Shown: piece after piece, positions 19,830 through 30,560 of the stretch
How the letters are laid out: every line of letters starts with the position of its first letter
How positions within the stretch are numbered: the first letter of the stretch is position 1
DNA from: Candidatus Latescibacterota bacterium
GTDB lineage: Bacteria; Latescibacterota; UBA2968; GCA-2709665
DNA length: 64,000 nucleotides
Direction of reading: 5' to 3'
Assembly (NCBI GenBank): GCA_965226795.1
Contig: CBDDDZ010000005.1
Span: 2,816,001-2,880,000 of the forward strand
Notes under the pieces: generated by a model
Databases searched by the model: none
Seen by the model: only the letters and a program-made list of their open reading frames with translations
Told to the model about the DNA's origin: nothing
Made by a program: the position numbers and the translations under genes

Positions 19830-21011
19830 ATGTCCAATCCGAACGTTCAACCGCTCGCCCAGGATTTCGTCATTGCGGCGCGCGTGCCCGATCCGGCGCG
19901 GTATTTCTTCCACGACCCCGACCTGGCCCGGCTGGACGACGGCACGCTGCTACTGGCCGCGCCGCAATGGCACCGCCCGGGTTGGGATTATTGCCGCCGT
20001 CTGCGACTCCTCCGGAGCGATGACGGGGGCCTTACCTGGGAGGAGCTTCCCGGCCTGCCCTACGAAGAGGCCACCCCGTTCGTGCTGGACGGGCAACTCC
20101 TCATGTTCGTCCAGGAAAAATGCCACAAAGACTTCCTCGTTGTGGCCAGCGAAGACAAAGGCGGAAGCTGGACCGATCCCGTAACGGTCATTGAAGGTCC
20201 CATCTGGAACATCTCCACCTCACGGGTCCTTCGCCCCGAGGCCCTCTACTGGACAATGGACTACGATCTGCCCAACCAGGGACACGGCGGAAAGACGATG
20301 CTCCGTCTGGATCGGAGCATGGCGCCACTCGACCCGGGAGCATGGACGCTCTCCAATATCGTGCGGCAACCGGAGGTCCCCGCCACGATGACCCGCAATC
20401 TCTTTCCAGACGGCGAACGCCCCCAGCTTTCTGGCGGGTGGAGAGACCCGCTCGTGTGGCTGGAACCCAACACGGTAGAAGTCAACGGCCGTATCCGCGC
20501 CTTCTGCCGATGCGTTTTCGACGAATACGCGGCCGCCCATATTGCCGCGGTATTCGACTACGATCCGGAGGCGCATCGACTGCGCTTTACGCAATTTGCG
20601 GCCTGGCCCGGCGCACAGTGCAAGTTCTACATCATCCACGATCGATCAGAATCCATGTACTGGATGCTGAGCAACCTCATCACAAACTCCCAGGACATTC
20701 TGGGCTGGGGTGAACGCATGCGCGAATCCGGCTATCACGGAGGCCCGGGCAACGAGCGGCGGTGGCTCTACCTGCACTACGGCATCGACTGCCTCAACTG
20801 GTTCCCGGCCGGTTGCGTGGCCCGCTGGCCGGACAACGTCTACCGCAGCTTCATGTATCCCAGCGCCGTCGTGGATGGGGACGACTTCGTTGTGCTCTCG
20901 CGGACCAGCCGGGACTCGGGAGACCAGCACGACGCCGACCTCTGCACCATCCACCGAATTCGAGACTACCGCAGCCTGGCCATGGACCTGCACGCGGGCG
21001 GTCTTCACTGA
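19830..21011 (+). CDS. BNR/Asp-box (sialidase-like) beta-propeller protein
   Basis: Asp-boxes SDDGGLTW and SEDKGGSW; GGAGG RBS before ATG 19830. Confidence 0.7.
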   Translation: MSNPNVQPLAQDFVIAARVPDPARYFFHDPDLARLDDGTLLLAAPQWHRPGWDYCRRLRLLRSDDGGLTWEELPGLPYEEATPFVLDGQLLMFVQEKCHKDFLVVASEDKGGSWTDPVTVIEGPIWNISTSRVLRPEALYWTMDYDLPNQGHGGKTMLRLDRSMAPLDPGAWTLSNIVRQPEVPATMTRNLFPDGERPQLSGGWRDPLVWLEPNTVEVNGRIRAFCRCVFDEYAAAHIAAVFDYDPEAHRLRFTQFAAWPGAQCKFYIIHDRSESMYWMLSNLITNSQDILGWGERMRESGYHGGPGNERRWLYLHYGIDCLNWFPAGCVARWPDNVYRSFMYPSAVVDGDDFVVLSRTSRDSGDQHDADLCTIHRIRDYRSLAMDLHAGGLH

Positions 21012-21017
21012 GTCCGG

Positions 21018-21746
21018 TCACGTCTTCGCAAGGATATTCAGATACGCCTCCACCGTGTTCGCCAACCCCATCTCCAGCGCTTCGCCGATCAACGCGTGGC
21101 CGATCGACACTTCCAGGACGCCGGGGATTGAACAGAACCTGCCCAGGTTCTCCAGGTTCAGATCGTGCCCCGCGTTGACGCCAAGGCCCGCTTCCTGAGC
21201 GAATCGGGCCGCGTTTGCGTAACCCGCAAAGACGGCCTCCAGATCCTTATCCTCTCGAAACGCATCCGCATAGGGCTCCGTGTAGAGCTCGATTCGGTCC
21301 GCCCCCGCCTGCGCGGCTCTCGGGATCTCGTCCGAGTCGTAGTCCATAAACAGGCTCACGCGGCTGCCCAGCGCCTTCAACTCCTGAATGACGGGCTGCA
21401 GGCGGTCCCCCTCTCCGGAGAGATTCCAGCCTTGATCCGACGTAAACGCGTCCGGCGAATCCGGCACCAGCGTGCACTGCGTGGGCCTTATCTTCCGTAC
21501 AATGTCCAGGTACCCTTCCTCGAAGGGGTTCCCCTCGATGTTGAACTCCACGTCCGTAACGAGCGCGTTCAAATCGTACACATCCGAGGGCCGGACGTGC
21601 CGCTGGTCGGGCCGGGGATGAACGGTAATACCGTACGCTCCGGCTTCGATGCAGATCTGAGCGGCCCGGGTCACGCTCGGGATGCCGATCGTCCGGGTAT
21701 TCCGGAGCAGCGCCACCTTGTTAACGTTCACGCTGAGTCGGGTCAT
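21018..21746 (-). CDS. pdxJ: Pyridoxine 5'-phosphate synthase
   Basis: LSVNVNKVALLRN, GITVHPRPDQRH, NIEGNP, NAGHDL and EVSIGHA motifs. Confidence 0.95.
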   Translation of the reverse strand: MTRLSVNVNKVALLRNTRTIGIPSVTRAAQICIEAGAYGITVHPRPDQRHVRPSDVYDLNALVTDVEFNIEGNPFEEGYLDIVRKIRPTQCTLVPDSPDAFTSDQGWNLSGEGDRLQPVIQELKALGSRVSLFMDYDSDEIPRAAQAGADRIELYTEPYADAFREDKDLEAVFAGYANAARFAQEAGLGVNAGHDLNLENLGRFCSIPGVLEVSIGHALIGEALEMGLANTVEAYLNILAKT

Positions 21747-22035
21747 CTCAGTTGCCTTTCCTGGATTCCAATTTCAGGTTGTGTCCGCCAGATGCGGGTA
21801 TCGTGATTCACTTGAAATATAGCCTCTCTGAAATCCGTTTACAAGGCACAATCACCCGCTTCCGCCAGTAGTACACGAGACAGGGGCCATCAGATAAACC
21901 GTCCGTAGGAAACGAGCGCATCCCTCAGGCAAAAGCCTTGCAAAATGGCAAATCGCTCCGTTATATTGAGACCCGCGCTCGCGTGGAAGGCGAACCAAGG
22001 GCGACCTTTCCCATCTGACTATCCCTGTGACGGCT

Positions 22036-22650
22036 ATGTCGAGTCCGCAGCTTGTCGTTATTGGAGGACCCAATGGCGCCGGCAAGAGCACGGCCGCGCC
22101 ACAGCTATTGCGAGATGCGCTGGATGTAGCGGAATTTGTCAACGCTGACGCCATTGCCTCGGGACTTTCGGGCTTCCACCCGGAGTCGGCCGCACTTCAG
22201 GCAGGCCGTGTCATGTTGAAACGGGTCCGCCGTCTGGCTTCGAACCGAGCTGATTTTGCGTTTGAGTCAACGCTAGCAAGCCGCGGTTTTGCTCCATGGA
22301 TTGACCGCCTCAAACAGAGCGGATATGTCTTCCGATTGGCATTTTTGTGGTTGCCTAATCCGGACGTGGCTATCGCGCGAGTCGCGGCGCGGGTACGAGC
22401 AGGAGGTCACGACATTCCTGACTCAACGATTCGACGGCGGTACTACTCCGGGCTTCGTAACTTTTTCAGACTGTACCGTCCGATTGCGAATGATTGGCGT
22501 TTTTACGATAGTACTGCAACCTCGGGGCCCCGTTTGATCTCAATGGGAGAAAGCACTGCTGATATCGAAGTCCGGGACGTCAATCTGTGGACACGCATTA
22601 AGGAAGGTGTACAAGACTGTGAGAAGGTCATCCAAAAAAGACATCGGTAA
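22036..22650 (+). CDS. Zeta-toxin-like P-loop ATPase/kinase (COG4185-like)
   Basis: GGPNGAGKST, FVNADAIA, FESTLA and RVRAGGHDIP motifs. Confidence 0.85.
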   Translation: MSSPQLVVIGGPNGAGKSTAAPQLLRDALDVAEFVNADAIASGLSGFHPESAALQAGRVMLKRVRRLASNRADFAFESTLASRGFAPWIDRLKQSGYVFRLAFLWLPNPDVAIARVAARVRAGGHDIPDSTIRRRYYSGLRNFFRLYRPIANDWRFYDSTATSGPRLISMGESTADIEVRDVNLWTRIKEGVQDCEKVIQKRHR

Positions 22651-22828
22651 AATCTTCAAGGAAGGCACATTGATAGACAATGCCTTGAAGGAAGCTGTCC
22701 GAGAGGCGCTTTTGCATCACAAACGCAACGGGAATTCCGTCGTTACCTGGAAAGACGGAAAGGTCGTGTGGATTCCCGCCGATCAGATTGAGGTGGATAT
22801 GGAAACCGACCGGGAACCCGGCGGATGA
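22607..22828 (+). CDS. Small partner protein of the P-loop ATPase (putative antitoxin)
   Basis: ALKEAVREALLHHKRNGNSVVTWKDGKVVWIP resembles the small ORFs that accompany this ATPase family; overlaps both neighbours. Confidence 0.65.
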   Translation: MYKTVRRSSKKDIGKIFKEGTLIDNALKEAVREALLHHKRNGNSVVTWKDGKVVWIPADQIEVDMETDREPGG

Positions 22829-24267
22829 ACCCGGCCAATCTGCTATTCATCCTCTCCGACCAGCACACGCGGGACATCACGGGTTGCTACGGGCACCCGG
22901 TCGTCCGGACGCCCAACATCGACAGCCTGGCCGGGCGCGGAACCCGCTTCACCAGCGCCTACACGAACTGCCCCATCTGCGTGCCCGCCCGCGCCTCCCT
23001 CGCGACTGGACGATACGTCCACCAGACCGGAAACTGGGACAACGCCTTTGCCTACGATGGCAGCGTACCCAGTTGGGGCCACCGCCTCAGGGAGCAGGGA
23101 TTTCAGGTCGCTTCCATCGGTAAACTGCACTTCCGCTCCGCGGAGGACGATAACGGTTTTTCACAGGAAATCGATCCGCTTCACGTTGTGGACGGCGTTG
23201 GGGACATCCTGAGTTGCATCCGGGATCGCTCCCCGTTCCGCGACAAGCGCGCCGGTATTCTCAACGCCGGCCCCGGAGACTCCACCTATCTGCAGTACGA
23301 CGTTTCAAACGCCGACCGAGCGTGCGCCTGGCTGTCCGAGCGCAAGGACAACGACAGGCCGTGGGTCCTGTTTCTCTCCTTTGTCTGTCCACATCCCCCC
23401 TACGTCGCACCCCCCGATCTCTTCGAGATGTATCCGCCGGAGCAGCTTCCCCTACCCGCCCAGTGGCGTCACGAGGACTGGCCCGACCATCCGGCCATAC
23501 GCCGCTTCCGCCGTTTCTTCAACTACGACCGGCCCTTTACGGAAACCCAATTACACAACCTGACAGCCGCCTACTACGGGACGTGTACGCACCTGGACCG
23601 TCAGATCGGCCGTGTCCTGAACGCGCTCGAAGTCCACAACCTGGCCGACACGACCCGAATCCTCTACACCTCCGACCACGGCGAATCGCTGGGCGCGCGG
23701 GGCCTCTTCGGCAAATTCACCATGTATGAGGAAGCCGCCTCCATCCCGCTCATCCTCGCCGGTCCGGACGTTCCATCGGGCCGCGTGGTGGGCACTCCCG
23801 TATCCCTTGTGGATAGCTTTCCCACGGTTCTCGAGTGCGCGGCCGCCGCGCCTGAGCCCGATCCCCTTCCCGGCCGGTCCCTTTGGCAGATCGCTCGGAA
23901 CGCCGACGAGAATCGAACCGTTTTCAGCGAATACCACGCCGTCGGCTCCCGTAATGCCACATACATGCTCCGGGATCGAACGTGGAAGTACATACACTAC
24001 GTGAACGAACCACCACAGCTCTTCAACCTCAAAGACGACCCGAAAGAAACAACGGATCTCTCGTCTTCCCCGGACCATCAGACCACCCTGAAATCCCTCG
24101 AACGGCGGCTCCGCGAACTTCTGGATCCCGAAGCCGCGGACGCCCGCGCGAAGTCAGCCCAGCAGGCACGGATCAACCGCTTCGGCGGCGAAGAAACCGT
24201 TCGCAACCGGGGGGCCTTCGACAACTCGCCGGTTCCGGGCGAGTCGCCGGCCTTTCGGGTCCACTGA
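22825..24267 (+). CDS. Sulfatase (choline-sulfatase-like)
   Basis: ILSDQH, CVPAR (CxPxR), GKLH and SDHG motifs. Confidence 0.92.
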   Translation: MNPANLLFILSDQHTRDITGCYGHPVVRTPNIDSLAGRGTRFTSAYTNCPICVPARASLATGRYVHQTGNWDNAFAYDGSVPSWGHRLREQGFQVASIGKLHFRSAEDDNGFSQEIDPLHVVDGVGDILSCIRDRSPFRDKRAGILNAGPGDSTYLQYDVSNADRACAWLSERKDNDRPWVLFLSFVCPHPPYVAPPDLFEMYPPEQLPLPAQWRHEDWPDHPAIRRFRRFFNYDRPFTETQLHNLTAAYYGTCTHLDRQIGRVLNALEVHNLADTTRILYTSDHGESLGARGLFGKFTMYEEAASIPLILAGPDVPSGRVVGTPVSLVDSFPTVLECAAAAPEPDPLPGRSLWQIARNADENRTVFSEYHAVGSRNATYMLRDRTWKYIHYVNEPPQLFNLKDDPKETTDLSSSPDHQTTLKSLERRLRELLDPEAADARAKSAQQARINRFGGEETVRNRGAFDNSPVPGESPAFRVH

Positions 24268-24334
24268 GGCGCGCGACCGGACACGCCACTCGTCACTTTC
24301 CCGGACTCAGTTAACGAGTATAGGAGCCGCAACC

Positions 24335-25087
24335 GTGACCAACGAAGAAAAATTCAGCTTCGACCTGGAGGGCTACCTGGTTGTCAGGAACGTCCTCACC
24401 GTCGACGATCTGAAAAGGTTGAACGCAGTTACGGACGGGATCCTATCCGAAGGCGCCGAGTCCGGGGCGAGCATAGTCGATCGGGTCTCCTGCTGGGGAC
24501 CCGAACTTCAGGCACTGATGGATCACCACGGGATTGTGCCGTACCTGCTCGAGTTGCTGGGCCCGAAATTCCGCATCGACCACGACTACTGCATCTTTAT
24601 GAAGAAAGGTGCGACGCGCGGAGGGCTGCACGGCGGCGAAACCGACCTCGAGGGGGACCACTGGTACAAATATCGAGACGGCGTGATGCGCAACGGCCTC
24701 ACCGTCGTCACCTACTTTCTCTCGCCCGCAAGAGCCGGTGACGGCGGGTTCGTCTGCGTCCCCGGCAGCCATAAATCCAACTTCATCAACAGCCTGCCCC
24801 GGGACGTCCGGCGCTTCGAACGCGACGCCCATTACGTGTTACAGCCCGAAGTGGAAGCGGGTGACGCGCTCATCTTCACGGAAGCCCTCATCCACGGGAC
24901 AAAACCCTGGACGGCTGATTACAATCGCCGCGCCCTGCTCTACAAATACAGCCCAGGGCACTCGGCCTGGTCCCAGGGATATTACGACCCCGGGGAATAC
25001 CCGGACCTCACGGACCAGCAGCGGCGTCTCATGGCGCCTCCCTCCGTCGGAAAACGCCCGGATACCATTGAGGTCACCGGGGAGTAG
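24335..25087 (+). CDS. PhyH-like dioxygenase family protein
   Basis: FDLEGYLVV, VPGSHK and GDALIFTEALIHGT motifs. Confidence 0.85.
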   Translation: MTNEEKFSFDLEGYLVVRNVLTVDDLKRLNAVTDGILSEGAESGASIVDRVSCWGPELQALMDHHGIVPYLLELLGPKFRIDHDYCIFMKKGATRGGLHGGETDLEGDHWYKYRDGVMRNGLTVVTYFLSPARAGDGGFVCVPGSHKSNFINSLPRDVRRFERDAHYVLQPEVEAGDALIFTEALIHGTKPWTADYNRRALLYKYSPGHSAWSQGYYDPGEYPDLTDQQRRLMAPPSVGKRPDTIEVTGE

Positions 25088-25214
25088 CCCCAGTCCGTAC
25101 CGCTTCCGTCGTCTTTTCCCCTGGCCGGGAACAGACATGATCCTCCGGAGATCCCTTCAGCACCCTCGGTGCGGCGTTTTTTCGACGGTTTCGCAATCGA
25201 TAGGAGACCCTGCA

Positions 25215-26675
25215 ATGCACGCGCTCGAACCCTGTCCGCTATTCATCAACGGGGAATGGGTCGTCTCCACCGGGACTGATACCGAACCGGTCTACAACCC
25301 CTCGGAAGGTACACAGATTTCCGCCACACCGATGTGCGGCGCCGCTGAAATTGACAGCGCCGTCAGGGCCGCAAGCGGGGCCTTTCCCGCCTGGGCCGAA
25401 ACCCCGGCCGTCGAACGCGCCCGGCTCATGTTCCGTTTCAAGGAGCTTCTGGAGAAACACTTCGAGGATCTTTCCCGGATCGTCACCCGTGAAAACGGAA
25501 AAACCCCGGACGAGTCCAGGGGTTCGGTCCGGCGTGGGATCGAAGTCGTGGAATTCGCCTGCGGGGCGCCATCTCTCCTGATGGGACAAGCCCTGGAGAA
25601 CATCGCGGCCAGCATCGACTGCGACACGATCCGGCAGCCTGTGGGCGTCTGTGCGGCCATCACCCCGTTCAATTTCCCCGTCATGGTGCCGCTGTGGACC
25701 CTGCCGATCGCCCTCGTCTGCGGAAACACCTTCGTTCTCAAACCCTCCGAAAAGGTACCCCTGAGCGCCATCCGCATGGTGGAACTCCTGGTGGAGGCGG
25801 GCCTGCCCCCCGGCGTGCTGAATCTCGTCCACGGCGGCCGCGAAGCCGTGGATGCGCTGCTCAACCATCCCGACGTCCGAACCGTCTCCTTCGTGGGATC
25901 TACCCCCGTGGCCCGTTATATCTATGAAACCGCCACGCAAAACGGCAAACGCGTGCAATCGGCCGGGGGCGCCAAGAACTATATGGTCGTCCTTCCGGAT
26001 GCCGAACCGGACGCCACCATTAACGCCATTATGGGCTCTGCTTACGGCTGCGCCGGAGAGCGGTGCATGGCCGGCAGCGTCCTCGTGTGCGCCCACGACG
26101 CCGCCGAACGCTTTCTGCCGCTCCTCAGCGACGCCGCGCGCGGCCTCCGCGTTGGACCTACCGACCGGGATGCCGATGCCGAGATGGGTCCGCTGGTGAC
26201 CCCACAGCACCTGAAAAGAGTGCGCGCTTCCATCCGGACCGGCCTTTCCGAGGGCGCCGATCTGATCGTCGACGGGCGCGACGTGGTCGTGGATGCCTGC
26301 CCCAACGGCTTTTATCTGGGACCGACCGTCTTCGATCGTGTTCAGCCCCGGATGCAGATCGCCCGGGACGAAATTTTCGGCCCCGTACTGTCGGTGATGC
26401 ACACCGATAATCTGGATGCCGCTATCGAGACCTGTAACAACAGCGGTTACGGCAACGCCGCCGTGCTATTTACAGAAAGCGGAGGCGCCGCCCGCGAGTT
26501 CCGCCACCGCATCAACGCCGGCATGGTGGGCATCAACACCGGCGTTCCGGCGCCCATGGCCTTCTTTCCGTTCTCCGGCTGGAACAATTCCTTCTTCGGC
26601 GACTTGCATGTTCAGGGTCACGAAGGCGTCTCCTTCTTCACTCGTCAAAAAGTCACCATCAGCCGCTGGGGATGA
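25215..26675 (+). CDS. mmsA: CoA-acylating methylmalonate-semialdehyde dehydrogenase
   Basis: ITPFNFP, KPSEKVP, FVGST, GGAKN, CAGERCMA, EIFGP and PAPMAFFPF motifs; AGGAG RBS before 25215. Confidence 0.88.
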   Translation: MHALEPCPLFINGEWVVSTGTDTEPVYNPSEGTQISATPMCGAAEIDSAVRAASGAFPAWAETPAVERARLMFRFKELLEKHFEDLSRIVTRENGKTPDESRGSVRRGIEVVEFACGAPSLLMGQALENIAASIDCDTIRQPVGVCAAITPFNFPVMVPLWTLPIALVCGNTFVLKPSEKVPLSAIRMVELLVEAGLPPGVLNLVHGGREAVDALLNHPDVRTVSFVGSTPVARYIYETATQNGKRVQSAGGAKNYMVVLPDAEPDATINAIMGSAYGCAGERCMAGSVLVCAHDAAERFLPLLSDAARGLRVGPTDRDADAEMGPLVTPQHLKRVRASIRTGLSEGADLIVDGRDVVVDACPNGFYLGPTVFDRVQPRMQIARDEIFGPVLSVMHTDNLDAAIETCNNSGYGNAAVLFTESGGAAREFRHRINAGMVGINTGVPAPMAFFPFSGWNNSFFGDLHVQGHEGVSFFTRQKVTISRWG

Positions 26676-26678
26676 GCC

Positions 26679-27749
26679 GTGAACAGACGCCTCCAAAAAA
26701 TCTTCTGCGACGTCCTCTCTCTGCCCACGGCGCCCTTTCATGAAAACGCCGTCGCGGCATACATAAGAGCCTTTGCCCGGCGGCGGCGGATCCCGGTGAA
26801 TACAGACCGGTACGGCAACCTCGTCCTTCGGTACACAAACGGCGATCAGGCGGAACCGGTCGCGCTTACGGCCCACATGGACCACCCCGGCTGTGAGATC
26901 CTCAACGCCGACGGACGGAATCTCACCGCACGCTGGTTGGGGGCATGCGACGAGCGCCATTTCCCCGGTGGGCGCCTCACACTCGTCTCGGACGGGGACG
27001 AGATTCCCGGCAGGGCGACCTCGTCGTTGAGCGACGACAAGACCTTTACCGCCCGCGCCGCGCGCCCGCTGCCACAACTCGAAGGCGCCTTCGGCTACTG
27101 GGGCCTCAGACCGGCCGTGTTCGACGGCGGTCTCATCCGGACCAAGGGAGCGGACAACCTGGCGAGCTGCGCCGCCATCCTGGCCACGATGGACCGGCTC
27201 AATCGAACGAAAGCCGCCGCAGACCTGTGGGGGGTCTTCACACGCGCCGAAGAGGTGGGTCTTCTCGGGGCCGGTGGAATCGTACGCGCCCGAACCGTCC
27301 CCCGGAGGGTGCCCATTATCGTACTCGAGACCAGCAAAGCCCTTCCCGGCGCCGAGATCGGCGCCGGACCCGTTATCCGTGTGGGTGACGCGATGAGAGT
27401 ATTCGACCCGCGAGTCGAATACGCCATACACAGCACCGCGCGTGACCTGAAAAAGAAAGAGCGCAATTTCAACTATCAGCGTCAACTGATGAGCGGCGGC
27501 GTCTGCGAAGCGACCCTGTACGTCCTCTACGGCATGACGGTGGGCGCCCTGGCCTTCCCCCTGGGCAACTACCACAACATGGGCAAACGCTGGCCGGCGG
27601 AAGAGATCATTTCCGCATCCGATGCCGCACACATGGTCGACCTTTGCGTCGAACTGGCGCTGAATCCGCCTGTGGGAGAAACCCGCAGCCCAATGAAAAA
27701 ACGCTTTGCGGCCGCCTTCAAATCCAGGGGAAAACGCCTGTTGGCGTAG
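26679..27749 (+). CDS. M42/M20-type metallopeptidase-like protein
   Basis: AHMDH, ADN, AEEVG and NYH metal-ligand pattern. Confidence 0.75.
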   Translation: MNRRLQKIFCDVLSLPTAPFHENAVAAYIRAFARRRRIPVNTDRYGNLVLRYTNGDQAEPVALTAHMDHPGCEILNADGRNLTARWLGACDERHFPGGRLTLVSDGDEIPGRATSSLSDDKTFTARAARPLPQLEGAFGYWGLRPAVFDGGLIRTKGADNLASCAAILATMDRLNRTKAAADLWGVFTRAEEVGLLGAGGIVRARTVPRRVPIIVLETSKALPGAEIGAGPVIRVGDAMRVFDPRVEYAIHSTARDLKKKERNFNYQRQLMSGGVCEATLYVLYGMTVGALAFPLGNYHNMGKRWPAEEIISASDAAHMVDLCVELALNPPVGETRSPMKKRFAAAFKSRGKRLLA

Positions 27750-27997
27750 GAGACCGGTTTTGTCCCCCGACGGCCCGACACATACTCACTTCCCCTTGTT
27801 CGGTCCGCGACCGGGACTCATTGCTTCCCGCCCCGCTCGGACGTACACCGAACCACCTCCACACATGCCTTCCATACGTCGTCCACTCTGTCGAAATGCA
27901 TCGCCGGGTGCGCTACCCGCCGCGCGCCAGGGCGACCCCCGATGGCCCAACCCCCTAGAGTCCCTGCCGCCAGGCTCGGGTCCGGTACTCTGAGCCT

Positions 27998-29266
27998 ATG
28001 GAATCCTACCTGGATACCCTGCGCCTGTTCAACCGCGACGTCCGGCTGTATCTCGCTGCGACGATCCTCTTCGGCTTCAGCCTATTCGGCGGCATTACCT
28101 CCCTGCTGCTCAACCTCTATATCCTGAGGCTGGGATACGGCCCCACGTTTGTCGGGTGGGTAAACGCCACAGGTGCGTTGTCCTTTGCCGCCTGCAGCCT
28201 TCCGGCCGGGCTCCTGGGGGCCCACTGGGATCCGCGTCGGGTCATGATCGCTGGAATTGCATTCGCCATCGTGGGCAATGGCCTTCTCTCACAGGCTGAA
28301 CTCGTCGTCCCCGGCGCCCCCCGGGACGTGTTTGTTCTGGCCACCAACGCGCTGGGGCTGCTGGGTGTGGCCCTCTACATCGTCAACGGCGCCCCGTATC
28401 TGATGGGCGTTGCCGGAGCGCGGGAGCGGAACCACGTTTTCTCCATGCAGGGCGCCCTCTTCCCGTTGGCCGGCTTTTTCGGAAGCCTTGTCGGCGGCTT
28501 CCTGCCCGGGCGAATCGCCTGGTTGATGAACGTCGCCCCGGACCACCCGGCACCCTTCCGGTACACCCTGCTCGCCGCCTCCACCCTGCTCATTCCGGCC
28601 CTTTTCATCCTCATGGCCACGCGAAAACCCCAAGTCAGGCAACGACAGGTACACGTCGAGGATTCAGACGCGCCGTTCCCGCTGGGGGTCATCGCGCTGA
28701 TCGCTTTGGCCTCGTTACTGCACGTTGCCGGAGAGGGCGCTGTCCGGACCTTCTTCAACGTCTACATGGATGCCGGCCTGCACGTACCGACCTCACTCAT
28801 AGGCACACTGATGGCCACCGGCCAGCTTCTGGCGGTGCCGGCCGCCCTGGCGGTGCCGCTTTTCACGGGCCGCTTCGGCAATCACCACACGGTCGTGTTG
28901 AGCGCCATCTGCACGCCCGCCATGCTGATCCCAATGGCCTTTTTGCCGCACTGGATTCCGGCGGGGTTCTGCTTTATGAATATCGTGGCCCTCGCTGCCA
29001 TACGGCGCCCCGCCTTCGTCGTCTACAACCAGGAGATTGTTTCCCCGCGATGGCGGGCGACCATGTCCGGCGCTTCCTCGATGATGGCTGGCATCGGTTA
29101 TGCGGTCATTGCCATGGGCGGCGGCTACATCATTTCCACCGTCGGATACCATGCTCTCTTCCTGACCAGCGCCGCATTTACCGCGCTCGGCACCTTGATT
29201 TTCTGGGCTCATTTCCGTACCCCGCGGGGCGAGTTCGCCCGGGCGCCAATCAGCAACCCATCCTGA
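27998..29266 (+). CDS. MFS transporter
   Basis: About 12 hydrophobic segments in a 6+6 arrangement; 422 aa. Confidence 0.85.
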   Translation: MESYLDTLRLFNRDVRLYLAATILFGFSLFGGITSLLLNLYILRLGYGPTFVGWVNATGALSFAACSLPAGLLGAHWDPRRVMIAGIAFAIVGNGLLSQAELVVPGAPRDVFVLATNALGLLGVALYIVNGAPYLMGVAGARERNHVFSMQGALFPLAGFFGSLVGGFLPGRIAWLMNVAPDHPAPFRYTLLAASTLLIPALFILMATRKPQVRQRQVHVEDSDAPFPLGVIALIALASLLHVAGEGAVRTFFNVYMDAGLHVPTSLIGTLMATGQLLAVPAALAVPLFTGRFGNHHTVVLSAICTPAMLIPMAFLPHWIPAGFCFMNIVALAAIRRPAFVVYNQEIVSPRWRATMSGASSMMAGIGYAVIAMGGGYIISTVGYHALFLTSAAFTALGTLIFWAHFRTPRGEFARAPISNPS

Positions 29267-29278
29267 AGGAGACCCGCT

Positions 29279-30172
29279 ATGCAATATCGAACCCTCGGAA
29301 AAACCGGGCTGCGCGTTTCGGAAATCGGCTACGGCGCAGCGCAGATCGGCAACATTAACCTGCCCGAAAACCAGGCTGACCGGGCCCTCAACTCGGTTCT
29401 GGACGCCGGCATCAATTTCATCGACACGGCCGCCATGTACGGACAGAGCGAAGCCCGGATCGGCAAGTTCATATCCCATAGACGGGAGGAATTCGTCCTG
29501 GCCACGAAATGCGGAGACTACGTTGCGGAATCCAACGGTAAACGCGGAATCGTGCGTGACTACAGCCGGGACGGCATCCTGCGTACAATCGACGACAGCC
29601 GAAAAAAGCTGGATATGGACGTGATCGATATCGTCCAGTTTCACGGACTGCCCGATTCGGACGACGATGAACAGGTGGCCTTTGAGGCGCTTCTGGATGC
29701 CAGGGAAAAAGGCTGGACACGTTTCGTCGGCGTTTCGGCAGACGGTCCTTCCGCTGCTGCCGCCGCCCGCCGCTGGGACCTGGACACCCAGGAATTCACC
29801 TACAACATCCTGTACCAGGAATCCGCCGAAAACCTCATGCCGACGCTGAGATCGCAGGGCATGGGGACCATCATCAAGCGCCCCATTTCCAATGCCGTCT
29901 GGGAAAAGACCGTGCGACCCGACGGCGACTATATGGGCGGCCCGTGGGACCGGGCGCAATCCATCCCCCTTGCCGAACTGGCGGGCGAGATGCCCATTCT
30001 CGAATTTGTACTGCGTTTCACGCTCTCGCATCCGGACGTCTGCACCGCCATCATCGGCTCCACGGATCCCGATCACATCCGCGCCAACGTCGGGATCTCC
30101 GACGGTCACCCCTTGTCCGAGGATACCGTACATAAGGCAAGGGCGGCGTTTCAATCGCGATTCGCCGGTTGA
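29279..30172 (+). CDS. Aldo/keto reductase
   Basis: LGKTGLRVSEIGYG, GINFIDTAAMYG, ATK and DIVQFH motifs. Confidence 0.92.
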   Translation: MQYRTLGKTGLRVSEIGYGAAQIGNINLPENQADRALNSVLDAGINFIDTAAMYGQSEARIGKFISHRREEFVLATKCGDYVAESNGKRGIVRDYSRDGILRTIDDSRKKLDMDVIDIVQFHGLPDSDDDEQVAFEALLDAREKGWTRFVGVSADGPSAAAAARRWDLDTQEFTYNILYQESAENLMPTLRSQGMGTIIKRPISNAVWEKTVRPDGDYMGGPWDRAQSIPLAELAGEMPILEFVLRFTLSHPDVCTAIIGSTDPDHIRANVGISDGHPLSEDTVHKARAAFQSRFAG

Positions 30173-30560
30173 ATCGGTTAGAGGCAAGAGACCAATCGAA
30201 GGAAAAAACAAATGGGGAAAACCATAATGATGGGTCCTTCTCCCGGACTGTCCGGCCATTTCTATCTTTCTAATTAATTAATTTTTATTATTTTACGCCC
30301 TTTTTCTTTCTCGCCAAGAAACGGTTAGAAAGTAGAGGGAAGAAGTGAGAAGTGTTGATAACATTGTCGGAAGACGCCCCGCATTGGGATTCTCACTAAC
30401 GAGAATGTAGAGACGATTCGACTGGGGAACAAAAAGGACGCCGCAAGGTTCGGGTGGTGAGGTTTGGACCTCTTACCTCTCCCGGCTTTCCTCGTACGGC
30501 ATTTTTGGAACTGCGTTCCCGACGGACACTGCCTTTCCCTTCAACTTTCGATTTTTCTTC

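Noticed and set aside
24738..25214. N-terminal extension making a 645-aa dehydrogenase
   Set aside because: Overlaps the PhyH gene; the RBS and family similarity begin at ATG 25215.
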